NCBI GenBank assembly: GCA_046348525.1
Contig: JAXMEA010000014.1
Location: forward strand, 678-64,677
Length of the DNA: 64,000 nucleotides
Source of the DNA: Alphaproteobacteria bacterium
GTDB taxonomy: Bacteria; Pseudomonadota; Alphaproteobacteria; Micropepsales; Micropepsaceae
Direction of reading: 5' to 3'
Shown here: in pieces, positions 23,770 to 33,649 of the stretch
Layout of the letters: each line of letters begins with the position of its first letter
Numbering within the stretch: position 1 is the first letter of the stretch
Made by a program: the position numbers and the translations under genes
Notes under the pieces: model-generated
What the model was told of the DNA's origin: nothing
Databases searched by the model: none
What the model saw: only the letters and a program-made list of their open reading frames with translations

Positions 23770-25293
23770 ATGGCGCAGACCATTCTTGTGGTGGATGACG
23801 ATCCGGTGCAGCGGCGTTTGCTGGAAACGGCGATCACCCGCAGCGGCATGAATGTCGTGACCGCGCCCGGCGGCCAGCCCGCGCTGGACCTGATCAACGG
23901 CCCGCGCGGCGAACAAATCACCCTGATGATGCTGGACCTGGTGATGCCCGACATGGGCGGCCTGGATGTGCTGGCCAAGCTGCGCCCCACCAATCCCGAT
24001 TTGCCCGTCATCGTGCTGACCGCCAAGGGCGGCATCGACAGCGCCGTGGAAGCCATGCGCGCGGGCGCCAACGACTTCCTGGTCAAGCCGGCCAGCCCCG
24101 AACGCATCGCTGTGTCCATCCGCAACCAGCTGAAGATCGGCACCCTGTCGGGCGAAGTGAAGCAGCTGAAGAAGAAGCAGGACAACAAGCTGACTTTCGA
24201 CGACCTGATCGCCGGTTCGCCGGAAATGAAACAGGTCTTCCGTCTGGGCGCGCGTGCCGCCCAGTCCGACATTCCCGTCCTGATTGAAGGCGAATCGGGC
24301 GCCGGCAAGGAATTGATCGCCCGCGCCATCCAGGGCACCTCCGCCCGCTCGGGCAAACCGTTCGTGACCGTGAACTGCGGCGCGATCCCCGAGAACCTGA
24401 TCGAATCCATCCTGTTCGGCCATGAGAAAGGCTCGTTCACGGGCGCCAGCGACAAGCACCTGGGCAAGTTCCAGGAAGCGGATGGCGGCACCCTGTTCCT
24501 GGATGAAATCGGCGAGCTGCGCCTGGACATGCAGGTCAAGCTGCTGCGCGCCTTGCAGGAAGGCGAAGTCGATCCGGTCGGCTCCAAGCGCCCGGTCAAG
24601 GTGGATGTGCGCATCGTCGCCGCCACCAACCGGGATCTCGGCCAGATGGCCCGCGAAGGCAGTTTCCGCGAAGACCTGTATTATCGCCTGAACGTGTTCC
24701 CCGTGCTGGTGCCCGCCTTGCGCGACCGCACCGGCGACATCGCGCCGTTGGCGCGTCACTTCATCGAGCGCTTCGCGGCGGAAGAAAACAAGGCGGTATC
24801 GGGCCTGACCACCCAGGCCAGCCAGCTCCTGGAACGCTTCAACTGGCCGGGCAATGTCCGCCAGCTGGAAAACACCATCTTCCGCGCCGTCGTGCTGTGC
24901 GATGGCCAGCTGCTGGATGTGTGCGACTTCCCGCAGATCGCCGCGGCAATGGGTGTGGACACGGTTGTGCGCCAGAACGCCCAGGCCCCGGTGGCGGGCG
25001 GCCACAGCGCCCCCGCCCTGCCCGCTGCGTCGGCCTATGCGCTGAACACCACGGACACGTCGGGCCACATCCGCAAGTTCGAGGAAATGGAATCGGAAAT
25101 CATCCGCATGGCCATCGCCCGTTATGACGGCCACATGTCGGAAGTGGCCCGCCGTTTGGGCATCGGCCGCTCCACCCTGTACCGCAAGCTCAAGGAGTTC
25201 GGCCTGGAGCCGGAACTGCAGAACGAGCCCATGGCCCGCGTGGCGCAGGATGACGGCACACCCATGGAAGATACGGTACGCAAGACTGCCTGA
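23770..25293 (+). CDS. tacA: sigma54-dependent response regulator, TacA-like
   Basis: REC domain (VVDDDP, KPASPERI), AAA+ (GESGAGKE, GSFTGA, FLDEI, WPGNVRQL), Fis-type HTH. Resembles Caulobacter TacA from memory. Confidence 0.8.
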   Translation: MAQTILVVDDDPVQRRLLETAITRSGMNVVTAPGGQPALDLINGPRGEQITLMMLDLVMPDMGGLDVLAKLRPTNPDLPVIVLTAKGGIDSAVEAMRAGANDFLVKPASPERIAVSIRNQLKIGTLSGEVKQLKKKQDNKLTFDDLIAGSPEMKQVFRLGARAAQSDIPVLIEGESGAGKELIARAIQGTSARSGKPFVTVNCGAIPENLIESILFGHEKGSFTGASDKHLGKFQEADGGTLFLDEIGELRLDMQVKLLRALQEGEVDPVGSKRPVKVDVRIVAATNRDLGQMAREGSFREDLYYRLNVFPVLVPALRDRTGDIAPLARHFIERFAAEENKAVSGLTTQASQLLERFNWPGNVRQLENTIFRAVVLCDGQLLDVCDFPQIAAAMGVDTVVRQNAQAPVAGGHSAPALPAASAYALNTTDTSGHIRKFEEMESEIIRMAIARYDGHMSEVARRLGIGRSTLYRKLKEFGLEPELQNEPMARVAQDDGTPMEDTVRKTA

Positions 25294-25315
25294 TTCAACC
25301 GCCTCTATCGTGCTT

Positions 25316-25354
25316 AAAAAAGGCCCCTGTTTCGCAGCAGGGGCCTTTTGTTTT
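25316..25354. terminator. bidirectional Rho-independent terminator
   Basis: AAAAAAGGCCCCTG..CAGGGGCCTTTTGTTTT between convergent tacA and gapR. Confidence 0.85.
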
Positions 25355-25427
25355 GGGTGCCATCGCGGCTTTCTGATGTGGGCAGCACGCCCAGAGCGAG
25401 GAACGCCGGCGCGAAGGATCTGCGCTG

Positions 25428-25670
25428 CTAGCGCATGTCCATGGCGGTGAGATAGAGGTCAAGCATCGCTTCCTGTTCCTGGAAGTCAGCCTTATCCAAT
25501 TTCCGCATGCGGATCACCTGGCGCATGATCTTGGTGTCGAAACCGGTGCCCTTAGCTTCGCTATAGACCTCCTTGATGTCCGCGCTCAACGCAGCGCGCT
25601 CTTCCTCCAGCCGCTCGATGCGGTTGATGAAGGATTTCAGCTGGTCTTTGGCAAAGCCGGTTTTGGCCAT
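25428..25670 (-). CDS. gapR: nucleoid-associated protein GapR (DUF2312/UPF0335)
   Basis: QLKSFINRIERLEEE..DIKEVYSEAKGTGFDTK..LDLY. Confidence 0.9.
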   Translation of the reverse strand: MAKTGFAKDQLKSFINRIERLEEERAALSADIKEVYSEAKGTGFDTKIMRQVIRMRKLDKADFQEQEAMLDLYLTAMDMR

Positions 25671-25737
25671 TTCGGGAACTCGGATTTTGAAGAGGGCGGA
25701 CCCTACATCGCCGCCGCAAAGCGATGCAACGCGAATA

Positions 25738-26472
25738 TCATCCCGCCCTGTGCATATCGGCCAACGCCGCATCGATGACGGGCTTCAGGCGCAGCGCAAA
25801 GTCTTGTGCTTTCCCGTCATCGGCAATCAAATCCTGCCGTATCTCGATCAGCACATGCGGCAAGCCGCGCCTTGTGCCGTGCTGGTTCAATGTGTCGCCC
25901 TCCAGCGCGCCGGTATAGGGCTCGTTGTCGCCGACGGTAAAACCGGCCTGTTCCAGCCGCGCCATCAGGGGTGCGGACAGGCGTGTGTCCTGGTCATACA
26001 GCACGCCGACTTCCCATTTGCGCGGCACTTTTTTCCAGCTGGGCGTGAAGCTGTGCATCGAGATCACCACCGCACCGGCGCTCATGCGGTCCAGTTCGCG
26101 CGTGATGGCGGCATGATAGGGCGCGTGGTACGCCGCGATGCGCCGCGCGACCTCCGCGGCATCGGCGTCGCGGTTGCCCGGAATGATGCTGCCGTCCGAC
26201 AATTTCATCACGATGGTGGGATCGTCGGCGCCCCGGTTGAGGTCGATCAGGAGCCGCGACCAGCGCCCCAGCAAGGCCGGCGCATCCCAGGCCGCGGCCA
26301 GGGCGCGCGTCACCTGCGCCGCCCCGATGTCATAGGCGATGTGGGTCTGGAAAAGCGCAGGGTCCAGCCCCAGCGAACCGAGCTCCTCCGGCAGGGCGTT
26401 GGAGGCATGGTCGCACAGCAGCAGGAGGCCGCTTTTCGTCCCAGAAATGGCCTCAAAGGCGTTTTCCGTCAT
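25738..26472 (-). CDS. N-formylglutamate amidohydrolase family
   Basis: CDHASN, HIAYDIG, SRLLIDLNRG, HSFTP, DNEPY, IEIRQD. Confidence 0.9.
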   Translation of the reverse strand: MTENAFEAISGTKSGLLLLCDHASNALPEELGSLGLDPALFQTHIAYDIGAAQVTRALAAAWDAPALLGRWSRLLIDLNRGADDPTIVMKLSDGSIIPGNRDADAAEVARRIAAYHAPYHAAITRELDRMSAGAVVISMHSFTPSWKKVPRKWEVGVLYDQDTRLSAPLMARLEQAGFTVGDNEPYTGALEGDTLNQHGTRRGLPHVLIEIRQDLIADDGKAQDFALRLKPVIDAALADMHRAG

Positions 26473-26520
26473 GCGGGTGAGGTATAAGGTCCTGAATCAA
26501 AGACTGCCAGAAAGTTTCGC

Positions 26521-26916
26521 GTGCGCCGCACCGTCCTTGCCCTTGCTGTCCTGCCCCTGCTGGCCCTGCCGGCCCAGGCTGCGTTCAAGCTGTGCAACAA
26601 GACCGGCCTGGCGGTGAAAAGCGCCATCGGCCGCTTTGACGGCACCAACTGGACATCCGAAGGCTGGTGGACCATCGAGCCCAAAAGCTGTGCCGCCCTT
26701 CTGACCGGGCCGTTGCAGGGGCGCTTCTATTATCTGTATGCCACCGATGGCGGCGCCGGCATATGGGAAGGCAAGACCAATTTCTGCATCGCCCCGGACA
26801 AGCGCTTCAAGTCGGTGGGCCGCAGCGCCTGTGCCAAGCGCGGTTTCGACAAGCGCGGCTTCTTTGAAGTGGATACGGGCAAGAAGCCCGACTGGACACA
26901 AACGCTTTCCAATTAA
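26521..26916 (+). CDS. DUF1036 family exported protein
   Basis: Signal peptide; LCNKT, WTSEGWW, YYLYA, GFFEVDTG. Confidence 0.85.
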   Translation: MRRTVLALAVLPLLALPAQAAFKLCNKTGLAVKSAIGRFDGTNWTSEGWWTIEPKSCAALLTGPLQGRFYYLYATDGGAGIWEGKTNFCIAPDKRFKSVGRSACAKRGFDKRGFFEVDTGKKPDWTQTLSN

Positions 26917-26924
26917 GGGTTCCC

Positions 26925-28349
26925 ATGCGCCGCCGCAGAAAAACAAAAATCCTGGCCACATTGGGCCCGGCCTCCAACACGATGGAGAAGATGCGCGCGC
27001 TGTTCGAAGCGGGTGTCGACGTCTTCCGCATCAACATGAGCCATACCAGTCACGAAATGCTGGCCAAGATGGTGGGCGACCTGCGCGCCCTGGGCGACGA
27101 GATGGGCCGCCCCATCGGCATCCTGTGCGACCTGCAGGGCCCCAAGATACGGCTGGGCAAGCTGACCGGCGGCCCGCGCATGCTGAAGGAAGATGAGCGC
27201 ATCAAGCTGATCCTGGGCGAGACCAGCGACAAGCCGGAAGACATCCCGATCCCGCATCCGGAAATCTTCCAGGCAATCAAACAAAAGCATGCGCTTTTGA
27301 TCGACGACGGCAAGGTGCGGCTGCGCCTGCTGCGCAAGGCCGACACATTTGCCGAAGCGGTGGTGGAAGTGGCGGGTGAGATCAAGGACCGCAAGGGCGT
27401 GAACATGCCCGACACGCTGCTCCCCATGTCGGCCATGACGCCCAAGGACCGTGCCGACTTGGATGCGGCGCTGGAACTTGGGGTGGACTGGATCGCGCTG
27501 AGCTTCGTGCAGCGGCCCGAGGACGTGGCCGAGCTGAAGAAAATCGTGGCCGGCCGCGCCGGCGTGCTGGCCAAGATCGAAAAACCCAAGGCGCTGGCGT
27601 CCCTGCACGGCATTCTGGAGCTGGCAGATGCGCTGATGGTGGCGCGCGGCGATCTGGGCGTGGAAATGCCGCTGGAACGGGTGCCGGGCCTGCAAAAGCA
27701 GATTACGCGCGCCGCGCGCAAGGCCGGCAAGCCCGTGGTGGTGGCCACCCAGATGCTGGAATCCATGATCAATTCGCCCATGCCGACCCGCGCCGAAGTG
27801 TCGGACGTGGCCACGGCGGTGTTCGACGGCGCCGATGCGGTGATGCTGTCGGCGGAATCGGCGAGCGGTTCCTATCCGGTCGAAGCGGTGCAGACCATGG
27901 ACCGTATCGCTTGTTCGATCGAGGATGACGAGCTGTATCACTCCATCATCGAGGCCCAGCGCGGCACACCGGAAAAGACCACGCCCGACGCCATCATGGC
28001 GGCGGTGCATGAAGTGACCCAGACCATCGAGGCGCGCGCCATCGTCTGCGGGACCAAGTCCGGCATCACCGCGCTGCGCGCGGCGCGCGAACGCTCATCG
28101 GCGCCCATCATCGCGCCCACCCCGTCGCTGGAAACGGCGCGGCGCTTGGCGCTCGTCTGGGGTGTTCACAGCGTCACCACCGAAGACATTCGCGATTTCG
28201 ACGACATGGTGAAACGCGCCAGCCAGATCGCCCGGCAGGAGGGATTTGCCCAGGCGGGCGAGCGCATCGTCATCACCGCCGGCGTGCCGCTTGGCACCAC
28301 CGGCGCCACCAACATGCTGCGCGTGGCGTTCGTCGAGGATGAAAAGTAG
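26925..28349 (+). CDS. pyk: pyruvate kinase
   Basis: KILATLGPAS, DLQGPK, MVARGDLGVE, ATQMLES, VMLSAES. Confidence 0.98.
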   Translation: MRRRRKTKILATLGPASNTMEKMRALFEAGVDVFRINMSHTSHEMLAKMVGDLRALGDEMGRPIGILCDLQGPKIRLGKLTGGPRMLKEDERIKLILGETSDKPEDIPIPHPEIFQAIKQKHALLIDDGKVRLRLLRKADTFAEAVVEVAGEIKDRKGVNMPDTLLPMSAMTPKDRADLDAALELGVDWIALSFVQRPEDVAELKKIVAGRAGVLAKIEKPKALASLHGILELADALMVARGDLGVEMPLERVPGLQKQITRAARKAGKPVVVATQMLESMINSPMPTRAEVSDVATAVFDGADAVMLSAESASGSYPVEAVQTMDRIACSIEDDELYHSIIEAQRGTPEKTTPDAIMAAVHEVTQTIEARAIVCGTKSGITALRAARERSSAPIIAPTPSLETARRLALVWGVHSVTTEDIRDFDDMVKRASQIARQEGFAQAGERIVITAGVPLGTTGATNMLRVAFVEDEK

Positions 28350-28757
28350 CTAGCTGGTCAGCTCGCAGCTGGGCATCTTGAAATCATCGCCGACGCGCTG
28401 GGGCGTGTAGAGGAATTTCTGGCTCAGGCTGAGATACTTCTGCATCTTGGCGCTGTGTGCCAGCATCTTGTAGAGGTCGGTGCGCGGCCAGAACTGACCG
28501 TTTACGCTTTCCACATTCAGGGTGAGAATGTCGCCCTTCAGCGACCAGCGTCCGTCCTGGACGGTATCGTCGCGCGGCTTGCCCTTGATGCAGACGCGAT
28601 ACTCGCCGCGCCAGCTGCCATCGGCGCGCATGCGGTCGATATACATGGCGGACTTGTCGCCGGGCTGGCCGTTCCCGAACCAGGTGCCGATCATATATGA
28701 GGGCGCAGCCGCTGCGGGAGCCGCCGTCAACAGAAAGGCGGCCAGCAACCAGCGCAT
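28350..28757 (-). CDS. hypothetical exported protein
   Basis: Signal peptide MRWLLAAFLLTAAPAAA; GTW..DGSW..GRW pattern; co-oriented with the TPR gene. Confidence 0.7.
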   Translation of the reverse strand: MRWLLAAFLLTAAPAAAAPSYMIGTWFGNGQPGDKSAMYIDRMRADGSWRGEYRVCIKGKPRDDTVQDGRWSLKGDILTLNVESVNGQFWPRTDLYKMLAHSAKMQKYLSLSQKFLYTPQRVGDDFKMPSCELTS

Positions 28758-28759
28758 GC

Positions 28760-29317
28760 TCAGATATCCCGGCCCTCGACGCTGGTAGTCAGTTCGCGCA
28801 CCTTGTGGGTGGCGCCTTCCAGCTGCGGGTCCAGTTCCAGCGCCCGGCGGTACAGCTTCAGCGCGCCGGCCTTGTCGCCATAGTCCTGCAGCATGTCGCC
28901 CAGCTCGCTCAGCGCATTGAAGTGGCGGGGATTGAGCAGCACCACTTTCTGCAGGCTGACCAGCGCGGCGGTGTCGTCACCCTCGGCCTGTTCGATGCCG
29001 GCGCGGGCGTGCCAGCCTTCCGCATAATTGGGCGCGATGGCTGTCACCGCCTCCAGCAGCTTGCGCGCGGTCTTGTTGTCGGCGCCTGCCAGGGCGGCGT
29101 TGGCGCGGGTCATCAGCAGGTCGATACTGGGGCTGCCCGAGGCACGGAACATCGCGATCAGCTTCTGTTCGATGGGATGGGCGTCTTCGGGCCGTTCTGC
29201 CTTTTTCAGCTGGGCGAAAAGCTGTTCCTGGCTTTCCACCTTGGGCGCGGCCGCAGGCGGCGCGGCGAACGCCGAACCAGCGATCAACAACAGGGACAGG
29301 ACAAGCGCGGGGCGCAT
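28760..29317 (-). CDS. tetratricopeptide repeat protein
   Basis: Signal peptide; APNYAEGW, LNPRHFNAL, YRRALELDP. Confidence 0.85.
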   Translation of the reverse strand: MRPALVLSLLLIAGSAFAAPPAAAPKVESQEQLFAQLKKAERPEDAHPIEQKLIAMFRASGSPSIDLLMTRANAALAGADNKTARKLLEAVTAIAPNYAEGWHARAGIEQAEGDDTAALVSLQKVVLLNPRHFNALSELGDMLQDYGDKAGALKLYRRALELDPQLEGATHKVRELTTSVEGRDI

Positions 29318-29424
29318 GCCGCCAGCTTAATGCGGCTTTTGCGGCAATTCCAGATTGCGCCCCGGATGGCCGTTAAAAGAAAGCCAGATCTGGGACACCC
29401 GCCGTCGCCCGAGCTGGCCGTCGT

Positions 29425-29453
29425 CGCTTTCGCAGGTCCACTGACCTGCTCAC
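29425..29453 (-). repeat. short dispersed palindromic repeat, copy 1
   Basis: GTGAGCAGGTC-AGTGGACCTGCGAAAGCG on -, one base shorter than the copy at 49319. Confidence 0.75.
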
Positions 29454-30721
29454 GCCTTGGTTTTCAACCAAGGCGCCGCTCCTCCGCCTTCGGCCCAATC
29501 CAGCAGTTCCGCCAGGTGCAGGATGGGCTGCAAGCGGCCCTGGCCCGCCGCCAGGTGCTGCAAACAGCCGATATTGCCGCTGACCAGCACGTCCGGCTCG
29601 GCGGCGGCGATATTGCCCAGCTTGCGGGCGCGCAGCTGCCCCGACAGTTCCGGCTGCAGGATGGAATAGGTGCCGGCCGAGCCGCAGCAGATATGGCTTT
29701 CGGCAAACGGGGTGACAATGAAACCGGCGGCTTCCAGCATCGCCTCGCCCGTGCCGTTCAGCTTCAGGCTGTTCTGAAGCGAGCAGGCGGGATGATAGGC
29801 GACGCGCAGGGCGCGCGGCGGGGTCGCGGTCATGGGCGTGCACAGTTCGGCGAAGTCGCGCGCGGCGGCGGCAAATTTGGCGGCGCGCGGTTCCCACACC
29901 GGATCGCCGGCAAACTGGTGCGCGTAATCCTTGAGCTGTGACGAACAGCCGGTGGCGGTGATCAGCACGCCATCATACTGGCCCTGTTCGAAGGCGATGA
30001 TCGCTTTCTTGGCCCATTCCTGGGAGTCATGTTCGCGGCCCATGTGATGGGGCAGCGCACCGCAGCAGCCGGCGCCCTCCAGCGCCACCAGCTCGATGCC
30101 GCGCCGTGCCAGCACCCGGCCCACCGCCGCATCAATCTGCGGCGCCAGCGCGCCCTGCACGCAGCCGGGCATGATGGCGATGCGCTGCTTGACGACAGCG
30201 GGCCTGGGGAAATGCGTCGGCTCCGGCCCCTGCGGCTTGGCCGAAAGACCGATGCGCGCCATGGCGCCCAGCCGGCCCGGCATCAGCATCACGACCGGCG
30301 CGCCAATCTTGGTCAGCAGCAGACCGATCCGCACCAGTGCCGGGCGGGTCATCACCTTGGCGATCATCCAGCGCAGCAGCCGGTCGCCCAGCGGGCGCCG
30401 GTAATGATCCTGGATATGGGCGCGGGCCTGGTCCACCAGCCGCTGGTAATTGACGCTGGAAGGGCACGCCGTCTTGCAGTTAAGGCAGGACAGGCAGCGA
30501 TCGATGTGATGCACCTGCTCCTTGGTCGGTGCGCCGCCCTTTTCCAGCATGTCCTTCATCAGGATGATGCGGCCGCGCGGGCTGTCGCGTTCGTCACCCA
30601 ACATCACATAGGTGGGACAGGTGGCCGTGCAGATGCCGCAATGGACACAGGAGCGCACCGCACGGGCGGCAGGGCCGACCTGGGGATCGGCAAGCTGCTG
30701 GGCGGTGAAATTGAACCTCAT
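29450..30721 (-). CDS. glcF: glycolate oxidase iron-sulfur subunit
   Basis: CVHCGICTATCP, CLSCLNCKTACP, CCG domains, NIGC. Confidence 0.93.
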   Translation of the reverse strand: MRFNFTAQQLADPQVGPAARAVRSCVHCGICTATCPTYVMLGDERDSPRGRIILMKDMLEKGGAPTKEQVHHIDRCLSCLNCKTACPSSVNYQRLVDQARAHIQDHYRRPLGDRLLRWMIAKVMTRPALVRIGLLLTKIGAPVVMLMPGRLGAMARIGLSAKPQGPEPTHFPRPAVVKQRIAIMPGCVQGALAPQIDAAVGRVLARRGIELVALEGAGCCGALPHHMGREHDSQEWAKKAIIAFEQGQYDGVLITATGCSSQLKDYAHQFAGDPVWEPRAAKFAAAARDFAELCTPMTATPPRALRVAYHPACSLQNSLKLNGTGEAMLEAAGFIVTPFAESHICCGSAGTYSILQPELSGQLRARKLGNIAAAEPDVLVSGNIGCLQHLAAGQGRLQPILHLAELLDWAEGGGAAPWLKTKA

Positions 30722-31857
30722 GCGAGCCGCCCGGGATTAAAAAGGGACAAGGGATCGAACGCCGCCTTCACGGCGCGGTTGACCTGCGCCAACGCCTTGG
30801 GCTGCGGCGCATAAAGTCCCAGCGCGGCGCGGGCGTCCGTGCCGGCCCGCAGCAGCATGGCCTGGCCTTTCACCGATGCGGCGATGGCGCGGACGCGCGC
30901 GGCATCATGGGCGGGCGCCGCCGCCCAGATCACCCCGCCGGCCCAGTCGCCCAGCCAATGTTCAACGTTCAGTTCCCGGACCACGCGCGGCGCGTCCGAC
31001 GGCGCCACCAGGATGCGCCAGACATGGCCGGAAAGATCGGCGAATTTCTCGCCATTGCCGATGGCGGCGAAAGGATCATGATCGATTCGCACGGCGGCGT
31101 TGCCCAGCAAGCCATGCGCCATGGCGAGTTTTTCTTCCAGGGGCTGTGAAGCACCTTCCAGCCGGATCAGCGCCGCGCCCTGTCCCACACCTGCCATCAT
31201 CGCACCGGGCAGATAGGCCAGCCCCGCCGGTTCCAGCGCGCTGTGCGCGATCTTGCGCAGGGCGGCGAAGCCCACGTCCGGTGTCACATCGGACAGCGAC
31301 AGAACGGCAAAGAATTGCGGGCGGGGATAAACGCGGAAGGTCAGTTCGGTCAGTACCGAAAGCGTGCCGTAAGCGCCGCATACCAGCTTGGGCAGATCAA
31401 AACCGGTGACGTTCTTCACCACCTTGGCGCCGCCACGAAAGGTCTCGCCCAGGCCATTCACGGCGCGGAACGCCAGAAGCGAGTCACGCGCCCCGCCATG
31501 GCGCAGACGGCCCGAGCCAGACGCATCGGCCGAAGCCGCCCCGCCCAAAGTAGCCACACCATTGGAGCCCAGCAGCTGGGACCAGTCTGCGGGATCAAAG
31601 CCCAGGCGCTGGTTCTTTTCGCCCAGCACGGCGGCGATCTCGGTCAGCGGCGTCGCCGGCGCAGCGGTGACGATCAGTTCGGCCGGTTCATACTTGATGA
31701 TGCCCGACAGGCCCGAGACATCCAGCACCGGCAGATTGCCGATCGGCTTGCCGACGCTGCGGCGGGTGCCGCCGGCCACGATCTCGAACGGGCTTTTGCC
31801 TTCGCGCGCGGTGCGCACGAAATCGGCCACTTGCGTTTCGCTGGAAACCTTTTCCAT
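30718..31857 (-). CDS. glcE: glycolate oxidase FAD-binding subunit
   Basis: YEPAEL, GGAKVVKNVTGFDL, FDPLSLFNPGR. Confidence 0.9.
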   Translation of the reverse strand: MEKVSSETQVADFVRTAREGKSPFEIVAGGTRRSVGKPIGNLPVLDVSGLSGIIKYEPAELIVTAAPATPLTEIAAVLGEKNQRLGFDPADWSQLLGSNGVATLGGAASADASGSGRLRHGGARDSLLAFRAVNGLGETFRGGAKVVKNVTGFDLPKLVCGAYGTLSVLTELTFRVYPRPQFFAVLSLSDVTPDVGFAALRKIAHSALEPAGLAYLPGAMMAGVGQGAALIRLEGASQPLEEKLAMAHGLLGNAAVRIDHDPFAAIGNGEKFADLSGHVWRILVAPSDAPRVVRELNVEHWLGDWAGGVIWAAAPAHDAARVRAIAASVKGQAMLLRAGTDARAALGLYAPQPKALAQVNRAVKAAFDPLSLFNPGRLA

Positions 31858-33338
31858 CAGTAGCGCGGCAGATGCGGATGCGGCAGCTGGGCGCCATGGA
31901 CATGGATATGTCCCTGCTCCACACAGGCTGACAGCATCGGGAAAACCTTGCCGGGGTTGAACAATCCGCCGACGTCGAACGCACATTTCACCCGGCCCTG
32001 CAGCGCCAGTTCTTCCGGCGTGAATTGGTCCGTCATCAAATCGCGCTTTTCGATGCCCACGCCATGTTCGCCCGACAGCACGCCGCCGACCTTGACGCAC
32101 AGGCGCAAGATATCCGCGCCGAATTCCTCGGCCTTTTCGAATTCGCCCGGCTTCATGATGTCGAAAATGATCAGGGGATGCAGGTTGCCGTCGCCGGCAT
32201 GGAAGACGTTGCAGAAGCCCAGGCCGTAATGGTCCGACAGCTTGGCCATTTCATCGAGCACATAAGGCAGCGCATGGCGCGGGATGGTGCCGTCCATGCA
32301 GATCATGTCGGGCGCCAGCTTGCCCATGGCGGCGAAGGCGGCCTTGCGGCCCGACCAGATGCGGGCACGCTGCTTCTCGTCGGTGGCTTCCACCGTCTTG
32401 CCGCCATTTTCGGCGACGATCGCGGTGACGCGGGAAATGGCGTGGGCGACATCGGCCTCCACGCCATCGGCATCGATGATCAGGATGGCTTCGGCGCCCT
32501 TGGGATAGCCGGGCTGATTGTAGCTTTCGATGGCTTCGGCGGCGCGGCCGTCCATGAATTCCATCGCGGCCGGCACCACGCCATCGGCGATGATGGCGGC
32601 GACGCAGGCGCCCGCTTCACTGACCGTGTCGAAGCTGGCCATCAGGGTGCGAGTGACCGGCGGCTTGCGCAGGATCTTCACCACCACTTCGACCACCACG
32701 CCAAGCAAACCTTCGGAGCCCGTCACCAGGCCCATGATATCCAGTCCGCCCTGGGCGCCGCACTTGCCGCCAAGCGTCACGATCTCGCCGCCCGGCAGCA
32801 CCATGGTGACGCCCAGCAGGTTGTTGGTGGTCAGGCCATATTTCAGGCAATGCAGCCCGCCGGAATTTTCCGCCACATTGCCGCCGATGGAACAGGCGAC
32901 CTGGCTGGAGGGATCAGGCGCGTAATAAAAGCCGTTGGCTTCCACCGCCTTGGTGATGTTCAGGTTGGTGACGCCGGGCTCGACGGTGACGCAGGCGTTT
33001 TCGTAATCGATTTCCAAGATGCGCTTCATGCGCCCCATGCCGATCAGGATGCCATCTTCGCGCGGCAGCGCCCCGCCCGACAGCGAAGTGCCCGAGCCGC
33101 GCGGCACAATGGGCACGCCTTCAGCCTGGGCAAACTTCAAGATCTCGCTGACCTGCTCGCGATTGGACGGCAGCACGCAGACCAGAGGCGTCTGGTGATA
33201 GGCGCTCAGGGCGTCGGAATCGAAGGTGGCCAGGCCCGACTCATCGGCCACAACGCCATCGGGCACGATGGCGCGCAGCGCCTCGACGATTTCGGCGCGG
33301 CGGGCGACAATTTTGGGATCGGTGGGCGGAAGAAGCAT
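31857..33338 (-). CDS. glcD: glycolate oxidase FAD-linked subunit
   Basis: APDPSSQ, ENSGG.HCLKYG, HAGDGNLHP, GEHGVG.EK. Confidence 0.93.
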   Translation of the reverse strand: MLLPPTDPKIVARRAEIVEALRAIVPDGVVADESGLATFDSDALSAYHQTPLVCVLPSNREQVSEILKFAQAEGVPIVPRGSGTSLSGGALPREDGILIGMGRMKRILEIDYENACVTVEPGVTNLNITKAVEANGFYYAPDPSSQVACSIGGNVAENSGGLHCLKYGLTTNNLLGVTMVLPGGEIVTLGGKCGAQGGLDIMGLVTGSEGLLGVVVEVVVKILRKPPVTRTLMASFDTVSEAGACVAAIIADGVVPAAMEFMDGRAAEAIESYNQPGYPKGAEAILIIDADGVEADVAHAISRVTAIVAENGGKTVEATDEKQRARIWSGRKAAFAAMGKLAPDMICMDGTIPRHALPYVLDEMAKLSDHYGLGFCNVFHAGDGNLHPLIIFDIMKPGEFEKAEEFGADILRLCVKVGGVLSGEHGVGIEKRDLMTDQFTPEELALQGRVKCAFDVGGLFNPGKVFPMLSACVEQGHIHVHGAQLPHPHLPRY

Positions 33339-33354
33339 GCGCCCGCAGTATCGC

Positions 33355-33480
33355 TTAACCCTGGCGGGCTTTGAACCGCGGATTCTTCTTATTGATCACG
33401 TAAACGCGACCCTTGCGGCGGATGACGCGGCAGTCCTTGTCACGCTTCTTGAGCGACCGGAGGGAGTTGCGAACCTTCAT
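33355..33480 (-). CDS. rpmJ: 50S ribosomal protein L36, type B (not in ORF track)
   Basis: Manual translation [41 protein letters not shown]. Confidence 0.97.
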   Translation of the reverse strand: MKVRNSLRSLKKRDKDCRVIRRKGRVYVINKKNPRFKARQG

Positions 33481-33551
33481 GACCTTACTGCCTTTGGGCC
33501 TTTTTCGACCGTTTTTTCGGCCAAAAGGCCGTGCTTGCGCGAGAGGCGCGG

Positions 33552-33580
33552 AAACTATGCAAGCGACCTACCCCTGTCAA
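33552..33580 (-). promoter_or_regulatory. sigma70 promoter for rpmJ
   Basis: TTGACA-N17-TAGTTT on the minus strand. Confidence 0.7.
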
Positions 33581-33649
33581 CCCGCGAAATAGGGGCAAAA
33601 AAGGCGGTTTTCCGCCAAAAATTGCCGCAAATGGGTGTAGCCTGTGGGT

